From positions 61,442,001-61,506,000 of the forward strand of contig OZ296652.1 in NCBI GenBank assembly GCA_965655095.1: a stretch of DNA of 64,000 bases, written 5' to 3'. The notes below the pieces were generated by a model. That model saw only the letters and a list, made by a program, of their open reading frames with translations. It searched no databases and was not told where the DNA came from. The DNA comes from Haplodiscus bocki (taxonomy: Eukaryota). Every line of letters begins with the position of its first letter. The stretch's first letter is position 1. The position numbers and the translations under genes are program-made. Below, piece by piece: positions 27,201-39,257 of the stretch.

Positions 27201-28085
27201 ACGACCTTTACTAGGATAAAGAATAACAATACCAATATTAGTTTCCAAGTTACTGTCTCTCATGAACATGTTACAAATAATCCTAATTTTTTTTAAGTGC
27301 TTCTTTTGTTTTCATATTTGATGTGGCTAGATTTTTTGAATTTTGAAGGGCATGAAAATCTAAAAGTTAATATTTTTTTTTCATCTTCTATTTCTCTTCA
27401 TTTTATATTCATAGATAAAAGTTCGTTTGGTGCTTCATCTGTCTGCATTGCCATAAAGATCAAATAAACTTTTATCATAAAGTATTTGGTTTGTAGCTTT
27501 GATGGAATCAACATGTAAGTTTTTTAATCGGAAATCAAAGTTTTCTAAAGTTTCCTCAACATATTTTTCAGTTCATTATGTTTTTCTTTGGAAAATACTC
27601 TTGCGTTTAGTTGTTCATATATTTTTTTTTATTGGACCATTTTATTCAGTTTCTATTGCCTCAAGTTTCATTTCCATCTGAAAATAACCTGAATCCTGTA
27701 GTTTATCTTTTGCAGAGACCTTGTTCTAAAATTCACTTGTCCATAATTAATCAAAAGTGACATAACTCATCTTTTTGTTATTTATGATTTTGATTTAAAA
27801 AATTTCATTACTTCCATAAGAAATAAGGTTCTGCTCTAGTTTGTTTCGACCGTTTTTCTTATTAATCAGCAGGTATGTTTTTAATTTTTTATTTCCAGCA
27901 GACAATTCCGTAATCTCATCTGCCATTATATTATATATTTTTTGATAGCTTGTAACATTGCTACTGTTTTTTCACCTCCTTTAGCTGATGTTATGGATGA
28001 TTCGGGTTTATATTTTTTCGAATCTTGTTTTGGTTTTTCTATGATTTTATCATTTAATGCAACGCGTATTGCTAACTCCATTTGT

Positions 28086-28450
28086 TATAAATTTTGTTCA
28101 TAATTTCATCTATGTAGTCTTCATCAAAAAATTCATCATCGCGAGACTTGCCACCTTTCACATTGGATTGGGTCATAAAAGTTCTTTGTGAAGTCTTTTT
28201 TCCTTTGAGGTTTTTTCTGTTATATGGCTACCCTTTTTGATGTCATTCATATGCCTTTTGATTGTTGAATCTGCAACCCCGTGTTTTCTGTTTTTTGTTT
28301 ATGGGCTAATTTAGGGTTTTGTTTTTTTTCCATAATAACTTTTCATTTTGTTCTTATATGTTTATATAGTCGTAGTGTTTAATATGAGTCTAGTTTTTCT
28401 GATCTAAAAGCTGAATTTATTGTAAAATTGAAGGACTTTTAACTTAAATG
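28086..28450 (-). pseudogene. Single-copy HTH-like ORF remnant of the same element
   Basis: ..NPKLAHKQ../GVADSTIKRHMNDI..NVKGGKSRDDEFFDEDYIDEIMNKI; GxxxSTIKR resembles an HTH recognition helix. Frameshifted. Confidence 0.42.
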
Positions 28451-30626
28451 AACTTAAATTAATTTCAATTTATTCGTGTTTTCTCAAATAATTAATAGTT
28501 TCCAATTTATTCTTGAGTAATTGTGTTTCAATGATCTTTTTGAATTTTTTTAAAGTAGGTTTAATGTTATGGGTTCAGAGTTACGTATATCAGTTTCATG
28601 TTTAATTCATATTTTATTCACTTCATTTTTTCTCACATTAAAAAATAAATTGGTATTTTTTTCCAAACATTTGTCTTCTAATTCAATAATATAGACTTTC
28701 AATATGCTTATTACCTATAGTTTACTCGAACTCATTGAAAAAATTAAAGTGCTGATTTGATTTTTAACCGCTCGTTTGACAGTAGTTTATTGCACTTTTT
28801 TGGTTTTTTGAGTGGTTAATGTCACCTACGAGGCCTATTTAAACTATCTCCCGTCTCATTAGCAGAGTCATGGTGCATTAGCTCAGATTTTGAGGTATAT
28901 GCCATCGAGAGGCGAAAAGATGTTTCGCCATAGAATCTGTAAAAAACCCTAGCGTCTTCATCAGGATTGCTCCAGAGGGTTGGGCAGTGCAGTTGCTTTT
29001 TCAAACATTAACACTCAGTATTTTTAATTCATCTCTACTTATATCAAAACTAATATCTTCTGTAATACAAAGTTGTATAATGTCAATACTTTCTTTTTTT
29101 GGTGTTTCGTTAGTAATTAAATAATCCAAGAATTGAGAATGAAAGTCGAATCCTTTTCCGTCAGTTTTTCGATGTTTTTGTTGGTAAAAGTTTTCCTCAC
29201 TTTTTTGCGATGTTCATTTCCTTTTTCATAAAGTTTACGAGGAATACAATATATCTGTTTTTCATTATAGAATTTATAGAAAGTATCGCAACGGAGCGCC
29301 ACTCATTTGCCATTTTATTCTCTGGAGTATGGTTCAACCAATCAAAATTTGTCAACCACTGTTGTAACACTACCAATGAGGGGAAGCGGAGAATTTGGGA
29401 TGTGGAATGTGGTTTTCAACATTAATATGGGCAAATTTGCAACTAGAAGAATCCTTGATGAATGAAACATCAGCTATAAGGAGAAGTAGCCTGGATGCAA
29501 TTTTTTCATCTTAACTTTGGCTTGTAGGAATAAAGTAAAAACGGGCTCCCTCGGCATTCCACTTTTGATGCCTTTCTTCCTCTTTAGCTTAACGTGCTTC
29601 TCCCGATACTTCTTTCCAATGGTAACTACTTTTTAATGGGGATCACCTTAGCTTTGTCATAAGCTTAGGTTTGATATATACCTTGCATCTCTCAAGAGAA
29701 TAGATTAGTAGCTTCTTTCAGTCATAGAGTTGATAGAGAGAAGTTCAATTCAAACTATGAACGATATTACAGGATAACAAAGGTAATGCAATATGCAACA
29801 ATAAGACATTCAAGTGGAATGATAGTTTTTTAATTCCTGAACGGTGAATCAGAACATTCAAGGCAGCCCTAACTGGTGTTGAAGTAGCGTTATTCAGTGC
29901 AGGTTCAAAATATAGTTTTTCCATTATTTGATCGTCATTTGATTGATTTTCCTTTCATTTTGGTGGACTAATAAGTTACTTTTCAAGGAGATTATTTCTT
30001 ATAATTTTATTTCTAGACTTTTCCTCCTATATATTGGGTTGAAACATGTATCTGTATCTCCGAACAAATCTTGTCAGTGTATTTCAGTAAATTCAGATTT
30101 AACAAATGCAACTACACCCAAACGTAAATTGACTACTTAAATTTCGTTGGAAATATCTGGATCAGTCTCATAAGATAAAAAAAGGATTCCATGATCGTTA
30201 AATTAAGAAGTTTTCCTTTTGTCAGTTGAGTAGTGTCATGATGCGACACATCAAGATGACGTACAGATCGAATTTCATCAACTTATTCAAAGTAAACAAT
30301 TAATGTTAGTCCAATTATGGACGAATAAATTGCTATTACATTTTGATTTTAAACGCAAAACTTCAGTTTATGTCATTCAAAAAGGAACTTCCGACCAAGA
30401 CTGACTAACATATTGTTCTTCATTGTTAAGTCCATCATTTTTTCTCTGCTAAATATAGTGGTAGTTCAGTGTGAAAACTAAGCAGAAAATGAAATCGCTT
30501 GAAAAACTGAGAAGAAAGTGCCTGGCATCCGCAAGATGGAACAATAACAAAAAATCAAGTCGGAGATCTCATCTCGCTTGATCAAGAATCAGAGAAAAAA
30601 TCATATATCTGTTTCATCGCCTTTCT

Positions 30627-30880
30627 AACAAGAAGGCCGGCTCCCACCGGCATATTTTCCGCCCTCTAACTTTTACAATGATGTTTTTTAAAAGGTTAAA
30701 AGCGTTTTTTTCTGATAAATTCCCTTTTTTTTTCTGCAATTTTTGTAATTTTGTAATTTTTTGTATTTTTTGTAATTTGAAACTTTTCTATTTTTTTAGC
30801 GAAAAATTTATCATTTTGTACAAATTCTACGGCAAATTTGCCACCTCTATCCATTTGGAAATAAATCAAATTTTCTAAAA
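30627..30880 (-). mobile_element. 3' end of a Helentron/DINE-like non-autonomous element with a (TTGTAATTT)-like microsatellite
   Basis: AACAAG at 30627, then palindrome GCCGG-CTCCCA-CCGGC (30636-30651) and TATTTTCCGC. About 90 bp is the reverse complement of the 59860-59951 end. The other end was not found. Confidence 0.6.
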
Positions 30881-31654
30881 ACCGAACTTTCATTAAATCT
30901 AGCTGGTAAGAACATTTTCTAATCTCAAAAGTCAGCCGAAACCAGCCGCCGTTTGGTAGAAGCGCCCTCAGAGGAGCAGGCTCCAAAATTTAACAAACAG
31001 GGTGCTCATACACGAATCTGGAAACAAAAAATTTTTCAAAAAAGCCGTGTTTTCGATAATTTTTCTGAGAAAACGCAGTCAATAGATTTTCCACGCAACC
31101 CAAAGTCCTTTGATGCAAAACTTATTGATAACATTTGCCTCGCGGTAAATGTCGAGCCCGTCCTTCAGTCACTTCAAAGTGAATCGTTTCCGAATAAAAA
31201 CTCGCAACGCGCCTCGCCTAGAGATCCAAGCTAACGTTCTATGGGATGCGCGTTTCAGCAAAACGTTTTCGATGTAAAGGTATGAATCCTTCTATCAAAC
31301 GTGCCGAAAGATTCAAGATGCTGAATATCCTGGAGGAAGTATTGATGAAGCTGAAATATGAAACTATAATTGTCGTTGAAGACGCGATATTCATTCAATC
31401 TTCTCGTGGTCTCATGTGCATGTGATGCTGGGCCAATAACCAGCAGAGTTTTGAACAGGGCTGATGACCTAATCGAAAGATCCTTCAGTTTGCTTTGAAA
31501 AATTTCCATTATCCTATTTAATGATAATTTTGGGTTCTCCGATGCCAAATTTTGGTTCCATGAATGCATTAGTTTATTGTTGTTTACACATTGACGGAAA
31601 AGAATGTGTATTGGGAGCCGGCTTGTGCATAGTTTTTATAAAAATTCTGTCCAA

Positions 31655-31862
31655 AACTCGCATTTTGTGACGTCATCAGACTCTAGTCAAATCTAGTGTA
31701 AACGGTCAAAAAGGGCCCTTTTTGACACATTTTGGCAAGTACTTGTTTGTTTTCGCGTTCTGAAAAGTGCAGAATTTTTGAACGTTGGTTTGAAAACAGA
31801 ACAACAGTTTTCTAAAAAGTAATGTTTCACATAACAATGTTTTGAACATGAGACAGTGCGGG
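31655..31862. repeat. Dispersed repeat (DNA-transposon-like end), copy 1
   Basis: Aligns with 45903-46098: TTTTGTGACGTCATCAGA...TTCTGAAAAGTGCA...TAATGTTTCACATAACAATGTTTTGAA(C/T)ATGAGACAGTG. Confidence 0.8.
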
Positions 31863-32916
31863 TCGTCTATAGTCATGCTTTTAATTAATGCGACTAAGCA
31901 ATTTGGATACGCTTTACAAAATCTCAAGTGGAGAATTAAATAATAGGAGATCAGAGTAAACAAAAGTACTGAAAAAGCTCATTAAAAGGGATAGCACATG
32001 GTTATTTTATTTGCCAAAAGAAGTACTTCAAAGAGGTAGACAATCGCGTCCCAAAATTGGGAAAATAAACTCTGCAAGCATTGCGATTATTGACTAATTT
32101 TAGCAGTTTTCGTTAAAAAAAACTTGACAATGACGAAAGATAGCAAGAAACAAATTAGATAATTTGTTAGTTTTGGTTATTCCCCAGAGCTTTCATCTTT
32201 ATCACTTTTTTCACAACTTTGAGTTTTCAGAAGAAATTGCGAAAAGTAAAAGTATAAATTTAACATCCTATTTTAATACATTGATTTTCGAACTTAGCAG
32301 ATTCAAAATGTATTTTAGAATAATTTTTGAAAACTTGTATGTTGACAGATGATATCAGCTGTCACAGAAACATCAGGGGCGTCTGTTGATGAATTAAAAA
32401 TCCAAAATTCTCAAAAAATGGAAAATTTTGGCCAAAAACGCATTTTCTTGTTTTTGCTCTAGTCGTTGGAAAATTTTCAAACAAACACCATTGTAATCTA
32501 AAATTTCTGAGAATATTTTGTTTCTGGTACTTTTTTCCAAATTGATTATTCTCGAAGTTATTCGTGCTTAAAGATGACTTATGCAATAAAGTTGTCGCAT
32601 TAATTAAAATCATGACTGTGTTAGGTGTCACCAAAAAAAAAGCATTACATGTACAAATTTTGAGTTCCCAAAATAGTTATTATTTGATAACAAGACATCG
32701 AAGATGAAAAACGTTTGAAGTTGTTCTGACGTTTTGCTGACAAATTTTGGCCATTTTTAAGAGCTCGAAATTTTTACAGTAACATTTTTTAGGACAAATA
32801 ATATTGGCCATTTTTGCTTTGTTTAATGTCTAAATCTTTTAACCATTAGGCTGCAAAATGGAGAATCTAAAAAGACTTGGTTGATGGATCGACTTTTTGA
32901 GTATCAGACACTGTGC

Positions 32917-33105
32917 CAAGTTCTTGTTTCCTTTCGACTTTTTCGAAGTACCTTCTGACAGACATCTAGTGTTGTTTTCTTAGAAATGTCAATCTTGTGT
33001 TCGATCAAGGTGCAAATATTTTTGAGGGCAATTGACTTTTTCAAGATCTTTGGCCTTAACTCACCAGTCAGAATGTGTTGCGAAGTTCTGCTTCGCCTCT
33101 GTATC
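32917..33105 (+). repeat. Diverged direct repeat upstream of CIAO2B
   Basis: Shares TTCGACTTTTTC, TTCAAGATCTTTG and the hairpin GCGAAG-TTC(T/C)G-CTTCGC-CTCTGT with 33964-34120. Confidence 0.75.
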
Positions 33106-33281
33106 TTAAGTTTGGATTATGATGAGCGTATTGGCTGTTTTGAGTTCCTTTACGAAAGTTTGTCAATGATAGTACATCTGGAGGAAATATTCGTTGACTT
33201 ATTTATTTAGGTTTTGTTTTAGTCGGAGAATATTGTGGTGCTGGATCATCGTGAGCGTGAGCTCGCAGAAACTTTGCAGTA

Positions 33282-33746
33282 ATGGATAACGATAATCCTG
33301 AGACTTTCGGTAAATTGATTGACCGACAAATGAGTCCCTACGCTTACGATGATGAAGTTTATGATGCATTTGATGCTAGAGAAGTTTTCGACTTGATACG
33401 GTCCATCACTGACCCGGAACATCCGCTAACCTTGGAAGAGCTCAATGTGGTTTCTGAAAGCAACGTGTCCGTGAATGATGACTTGAGTACTGTTGATATC
33501 TTCTTCACTCCCACTATTCCTCATTGCACGCAGGCAACTTTGATTGGACTGGCAATTCGGGTCCGTCTCTACAAATCCTTGCCCTCCAGATTTAAGGTGT
33601 CTGTGAAAATCTCACCCGGAACTCACGATCAAGAGCCGGCCATTAACAAGCAGCTGGCAGATAAGGAAAGAGTTGCAGCAGCACTGGAAAACTCGCATTT
33701 GCTTGCAGTTGTTAAACAATGCCTTCAAAGTTGCGAAACTTACTAG
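33282..33746 (+). CDS. CIAO2B: Cytosolic iron-sulfur assembly component 2B (FAM96B/MIP18 family), 154 aa, single coding exon
   Basis: [41 protein letters not shown] and [16 protein letters not shown] are hallmark CIAO2B motifs. Intact ATG to TAG. Confidence 0.96.
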   Translation: MDNDNPETFGKLIDRQMSPYAYDDEVYDAFDAREVFDLIRSITDPEHPLTLEELNVVSESNVSVNDDLSTVDIFFTPTIPHCTQATLIGLAIRVRLYKSLPSRFKVSVKISPGTHDQEPAINKQLADKERVAAALENSHLLAVVKQCLQSCETY

Positions 33747-33963
33747 AAAAATATATATTTTGAAGACCAGACCACTCAATTTGTTTTTAAAATAAAAAGA
33801 ATGAATATACCTTGATATTGTAATAGCCTGGATTTTTACTATAATTTGGAAAGTACAGAGATTGCTAATGCTTAGAAATGTTCGCATCAAAGCTGACAAC
33901 TTAGAATAATTAGAAAATGCAAAAGTTTTTACAATCTGCGAAAAGGTCTTGTCTGATCGAATA

Positions 33964-34120
33964 CAGGTACTTGTCTCAATTCGACTTTTTCTTAATTGCC
34001 AGCTGGTATAGTAATTCTAATAGTCAATCACATCTCTGATCAGGGTTTAGGACGTCGTTCAAGATCTTTGATCTCAACTGACAAGTCAATGTGTAGCGAA
34101 GTTCCGCTTCGCCTCTGTGT
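33964..34120 (+). repeat. Diverged direct repeat downstream of CIAO2B
   Basis: Partner of 32917-33105. Confidence 0.75.
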
Positions 34121-34424
34121 TGAAAATATTCATTTCCGTTGCCGAGCTGTTCACAGCTGGTGAACTGTAGGATTGGGCGGTTAATCGACTTTTCTTTATA
34201 GCTATTGATGTTCTAGCGAAAATTTCAATTACTAGAAATTAGACTTGGGTGATTCAATCAAATGATTATATAAAATCCTTTGCAAAGCTTAAAAAGCTGT
34301 ATGAACATTTATTTCACTAGTTTTCTTTGTTAAGAAAAAAATATTCGGCTGAAAGCTATGCTACCTCTATTGCTGGATCTGCGGCAAACCAGATGTTTTT
34401 GAATAGGCAAAGGACTATCCTTTC

Positions 34425-34475
34425 ATGTATATTTTGAGCCTGATGGGCGGCATTGACTTAGCCGTTCTCGCCTTT
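34425..34475 (+). mobile_element. 3'-end fragment of a DINE-like repeat
   Basis: ATATTTTGAGCC..GGGCGGCA...GCCGTTC(T/C)CG matches 55050-55100. Confidence 0.5.
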
Positions 34476-37444
34476 ATTTTTATGAAACGTTAAGTAATTT
34501 TGTTCTACAAATAATGGCCGTTGGTCAGCTTAAATTTAAAGTAATCTCTGCAGCTCATCTAGTTGTTCGTGAAGGATAGAATCAAAAATTTTGATATTTG
34601 GTCATCGCACAGCCCTAGTACACTCACGGTCAGATTTGTGCTGCAAGGGTCTCTTGGGTGGAACAGCTAAAAGAGTTGAATTGGGTTTATTTTCCTTGCT
34701 GAAGGCGTCACTTTAAACCTCATACTTCTCAATTTCAAATATTCTACCGATGCTTCTTTTCTAGAACAAAAACTGAATGTTAGGCTGGCGGTACCTACTT
34801 TTGGAACAACAACCAAATATGCAATTTTCTACCTCTATCCGGTAGGGCAACATAGGCGCCATTGAAAATTTCATTTTTGATCAATTTTGCAGATCGTGAA
34901 AAGGTTCCCCCAGCTTCAACGTTTCCGCTTGTTATATTCCGGAGGCGTGGTTGGCAGAATGAGTGGCATGGCAGAAGAGTGAAATTCCAAAAACAAATCA
35001 ATGAATTGTTGCTATTTGCGTTCAAGAAAAACTTCGAAAAATTCCATTTTTTACGGCAAGAAAAGAATTTTCTTAAAATTGCGCGTTTTGATTTCGTCAA
35101 TTTCTGTGCGAAAAAATTGATTGCGTGCAGCAAATAGCGGAAAATTAGGTATTCAATTTTGAATCACTTAACGGGCAATTTATGCAAAAACGCTGCTTTC
35201 AATGGTTTTTTTACACGACTCTTACGTTTTTGGAGGATTCTAGCGTTGAAAGTCGAATGCTGCCGCGTGGAAACTCAAAATTGTGACTGGAAAACAATTG
35301 ACAGGATTGATAAAACGAAAAATGAAAACATTGGGTGACTTACTCGCTTCGCTCGCTCGCCTCCAGAAAAAACTATGCCAAAAAGTGATTTTTTGCAATC
35401 CGGTCATTTCGGGGAAGTAGACTGTCAGAACAAGATATTTCTGAACCAAAGTGATATCAAATGTGGGGATGTTTCGTTGATGCTAACATCAAGCACTCTC
35501 ATTATATCACGGTCCCTCCAAAATTGATTGCCTTTCAGCTTTATTTCGACGAAAATCCTGCCGAAATAACTTCGGACCTCAGCTAAAAATCCATATGTAA
35601 TATAGTGAAGGCATTGGTTACGTCCATGGGCTATATAGGTGCTCTGGAGCTCCACGACGCATGAAAATATAACTTCGAGTACGAGAGTCCTAATAATCGC
35701 TCGACTTTCTGGTTTCTTCTGCCGAAAAACTAGCAAGAAAGTTGAACTGCATCCAAAAATGTTATCGTACCACCATCAAAAATTGATGAGTGATAGATTG
35801 GGGTATCGTTATATCTATACAAAGTTTAGGGAGTTTCGAGGAGACATATGTACCAGGATGTAGTTTTTGAGTTCAACAAAGTCTCTTAAAGAAGCCGAAA
35901 TTAGCTCGATTTTCAAGTTTTTTCCACAAAACGTCTGTCAAAAATTTCTAACTGAGCAAAAATTTTGTATTTATATGTGATACATTGGTTTGTTTTTGCT
36001 ACGATATGCCAAATTTAGATCATTTTGTGACATAGCTGCCAGAATATAAGACTTCACTTTGAGTTCTTTCAAAAAAACGTGTCGTGAAACGTTCGGACCG
36101 TAATCAAAATATTCCAATCAATAGATTGGAGTATTCTTGTTATGCGCATGCAAAATTTATGTGAATTATAGAGGTAGTTGCTAGGATATAGGACTTCAAA
36201 TTTGATACAGTTCTTCAAACCTGTCAAAAATTGATCGACTTTTAATTTTCTGTACAAAAAAAACTTACCAAAAAATGATCGGGCTGGAATAAAGATTTCG
36301 TATGTGGTAAAATAAAATTTTGTCTGGACGTCTCTACAAGAACCAGAAAATCCATCAAACAGGTGACGAGATGTTGAGCTTTGAAGAATGAAGATTTCGA
36401 GTCGAAAATAACAAAAAATTTACCTGTGGATTCCAAGCGAAAAGGCCAAAAATTCGGAAACTGCTGGATGATTTTTATAAATAAAGATTTTTCGCTGCAA
36501 ATTATAATTTTCCAAGAATGGTCGATAATTTTCGGAAGAGGTATGTAGGCAATAACCAAAATTTATTCTTTATCTCGTTTTATTCTCGCAGTTATCAGTA
36601 ACTTCTTAAAGTCTGGCGCGAAGGTTAACAAAAGTGAATTAAAAATTAAGCAAGAGCTAAAGGATTGAAATTCGATCGTTTCAACGAAGTCTTTCATTCT
36701 TACGTTTGGGATGGAAGCCCATTCTTTGCGGCAAATTTAGTTGAGCAAATGTACGTCTACTCAGGGTTTGCGAGAAATAGTGAAAAACATCTTGAAAACT
36801 TCAAAATTTTTTCCATAGTTTAATGATAATTTTAATAAAAGCACGAAAAGGATTACCTGGTGCAAAAAAAAGTTTATCCAAGGGTTCTGACATCGGTAAT
36901 TTTAACCACTAATCGCTAATTTGGCAATAGCTAAATCGCTTTTTTTAGGAAGCTATATTTGCTAAAATTAATCGAAATTCATAGCCAGATTTTTGTTCTT
37001 GGGAATGTTGTAACACTGGAAGTTATTTTAAAATTTTAATATTACTGATGCCTGGAGACGCTAAAAAGGCTCGTAAAATACTTCTTGGATTTTTTTGAGA
37101 ATTCGTGTCAACACTATGATCCTCATCATTATCGATAGAAACAAAATACACTGTACAGAAAACAGCTAATAAAATGATACCGCTAATAGAAATTGCTATT
37201 GAAATGATTCCTCTCCGTCAAACTGCGAACTAGCGGTCTGAGAAGCCTGCTTTACCATAAAGTATATATTAAATTGACCAAATGCGGTAAAAAAAAAGAT
37301 GATTGACCGAACCCAGTGAATAGTTTTTGTACCATTTTCAAAATATGGGGCGAAAAAAGTGGATACGATACAGGGTGCGCTACCATGATAACTCAGATTT
37401 CGATTTTTTGAGGTTTTCATATCAAGAAGTTATTTTTAATCAAG

Positions 37445-38229
37445 ATGAGAAGGTCGTCTATATGCACCGCGTCTAGAGGAAGTGGTGATGATTCAATGGG
37501 TGAAAAAACCAACTCTTTATTGCTCACATCTGTACTCCCAGAGGATATTAGGAACAACCTCTTTCCCAACATACGAAACTTCAACGAAGTGCAATCAGCC
37601 ATGTTCTCCCAGATTATGAACTCAGATAACTCAATTGCAGTATGCGCCCCTACTGGCTGTGGAAAAACCGCAATAATGGAACTTGCGATAGCACGACTTG
37701 TAATCCAAACTAAAAAGACAAGTATCGGTGTATGTCCCTGTAGTATTGTTTACGTTGCTCCCATGAAGTCACTCTGTGCCGAGAAGTTCAGCGATTGGTC
37801 AAAAAAATTGGGCTCTCTTGGACTAACTGTGTCTGAAGTGACTGGCGATACAACCGAGTCTGAAATTCTCAACAAACTTAATTTTCATGTTGTGGTTACT
37901 ACGCCTGAGAAGTGGGATCACGTTACACGTTCGATGGATCGCTCATTTTTTGACAACATAAAATTATATCTCATTGATGAAATTCACATGCTGAGTGATT
38001 TGACGAGGGGTCCGACGTTGGAAGTGCTCATAGCGAGAACAAAAGCCGCTAATCAGTTTAGCCAACAAAGTCATACACGTTTCATCGCAGTTTCGGCTAC
38101 CTGTCCCAATATAAATGATATAGGCCAGTGGCTGGGAACTCAAACTATACCTTCGGTCTCTTATAACTTTGATTCGTCATACCGACCGGTGCCCTTGGAG
38201 TTAATTGTTCTGGGCTATCCGTTCTCTGG
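37445..38229 (+). CDS. HFM1: HFM1/MER3 meiotic Ski2-like DNA helicase, coding exon 1
   Basis: Q motif FNEVQ, Walker A APTGCGKT, TTPEKWD, DEIH, SAT. Donor GTTAGT at 38230 (phase 2). An additional upstream exon cannot be excluded. Confidence 0.92.
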
Positions 38230-38595
38230 GTTAGTGCTATTCTCTAATGGCTGGAAAATTATTCATGTTTCCGGTTATTATAATTGCCCAAACAAGTGTT
38301 TTATCACAGGCTTCTGCGGAATTTTTTTCCGATGCGTTCACAACTAGCATTTGTTCCTAGATTGTGATCAAAGAAAATTATCGCCTCTGTGTTGATAATA
38401 ACTGCTTATTCCGAAAGTTTACAAATTGTGAAGTACTTCAACTACTGGAAAAAAAGTACTTCGTTTTAAAAATCAATTTTTAGGACTCGGGAAAATTTGA
38501 ATTTCTGGGCTTGGTAAAACATGATTTTTTACCCCAGGTATCTCATTTCCAGTGGGTCGTTTTGATTAAGTCGGTTCTCATAAATGTATTGCCAG

Positions 38596-38897
38596 GAATG
38601 TGTTCAAGTTTGACTTCAACCTGAATTATCGACTAAATGATCTGATCCAAAAGTACTCAGACGGAAAACCCACCTTAGTGTTTTGTTCTACGCGGAAGGG
38701 AGCTGTCCAGTCGGCTAAGATAGTGAGCGGTTCTTGCAGATATATCAAAAATTCTCTCCATTCTCAGAGAGTCCGACTTCTCTGCAACAACCTACACAGC
38801 GTCGAATTGAGAGAAATGGTATACAACGGAGTGGGCTATCATCACGCTGGTCTCCATTCGGACGACAGGAGGAATATAGAAGCCATGTTTTTAGAAG
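38596..38897 (+). CDS. HFM1: HFM1/MER3, coding exon 2
   Basis: Acceptor CCAG at 38592-38595; FKFDFNLNYRL..KPTLVFCSTRKG..GVGYHHAGL; donor GT at 38898 (phase 1). Phases are compatible with both neighbouring exons. Confidence 0.92.
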
Positions 38898-39257
38898 GTC
38901 TGAATCTTCTTCCACTTGTCTGTTCAGTTTCGAAGCTTTATTAGTACCCTTGTAGAAAAGGGAAAACCAATCTATGAGAAAAGTCGAACTTTGTAAAAAT
39001 AGGTTCTTGAGATTTGAGGTTCAGACGAATTTAATTCAGTTGTTTCTGAGCAAAAAACTGCAATATTGGTTTAAAAAATCCGTTTGTGATATGCGACGGA
39101 AATAAAACAAGACCACCAGCATATTTTTCGCCCAACTACAAATATTTTGATCAACTTTTGCTAACGGTTAAAAACAAAACAACTGTTTTGATATTAGTTT
39201 TCAAAGAGTTTTTACAAACATCAATTCGACCACTGATTTCTGTACTTTATGCAAAAG

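Larger units (their letters stand above)
1..28024. repeat. Tandem macrosatellite array, 9 units visible, open at the left window edge
   Basis: The anchor CCTGGAAGT(C/T)CCGAAAA recurs at 1, 2196, 4391, 6589, 8787, 12656, 16521, 20413 and 24300. Near-identical ORFs recur with the same spacing. Similarity stops at ...TTTTCGAATC (~28024). Confidence 0.98.
8787..28024. repeat. Long units (3869, 3865, 3892, 3887 bp, plus one nearly complete unit)
   Basis: Anchor spacing; these units contain an extra ~1675-bp segment absent from the short units. Confidence 0.95.
1..29300 (-). mobile_element. Degraded Polinton/Maverick-adintovirus-like endogenous viral element, partly tandemly amplified
   Basis: Co-oriented minus-strand pseudogenes for an adenain-like protease and penton-like proteins; compact intronless gene packing; very AT-rich. 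No polymerase, integrase, ATPase or TIR recognised, and the right boundary is approximate. Confidence 0.72.

Noticed and set aside
397-27681. Recurrent 60-120-aa plus-strand ORFs (MTIKICL.., MAEGNH.., MLFSYN.., MMHYH..)
   Set aside because: Phe/Ile-rich antisense shadows of the minus-strand viral pseudogenes; they recur only because the DNA is repeated.
30200-30300. Possible Polinton terminal repeat (AGTAGT near 30229)
   Set aside because: A single short motif; no partner TIR or TSD visible in the window.
30627-35147. A large Helentron capturing CIAO2B (TATTTTCCGC at 30653 paired with GCGGAAAAT at ~35137)
   Set aside because: A 9-bp match over 4.5 kb of AT-rich DNA with no adjacent 5' hairpin is compatible with chance.
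36762-37018. Possible additional hAT-like MITE (CAGGG...CACTG; a similar case at 53606-54209)
   Set aside because: TIR match is poor and there is no convincing TSD.
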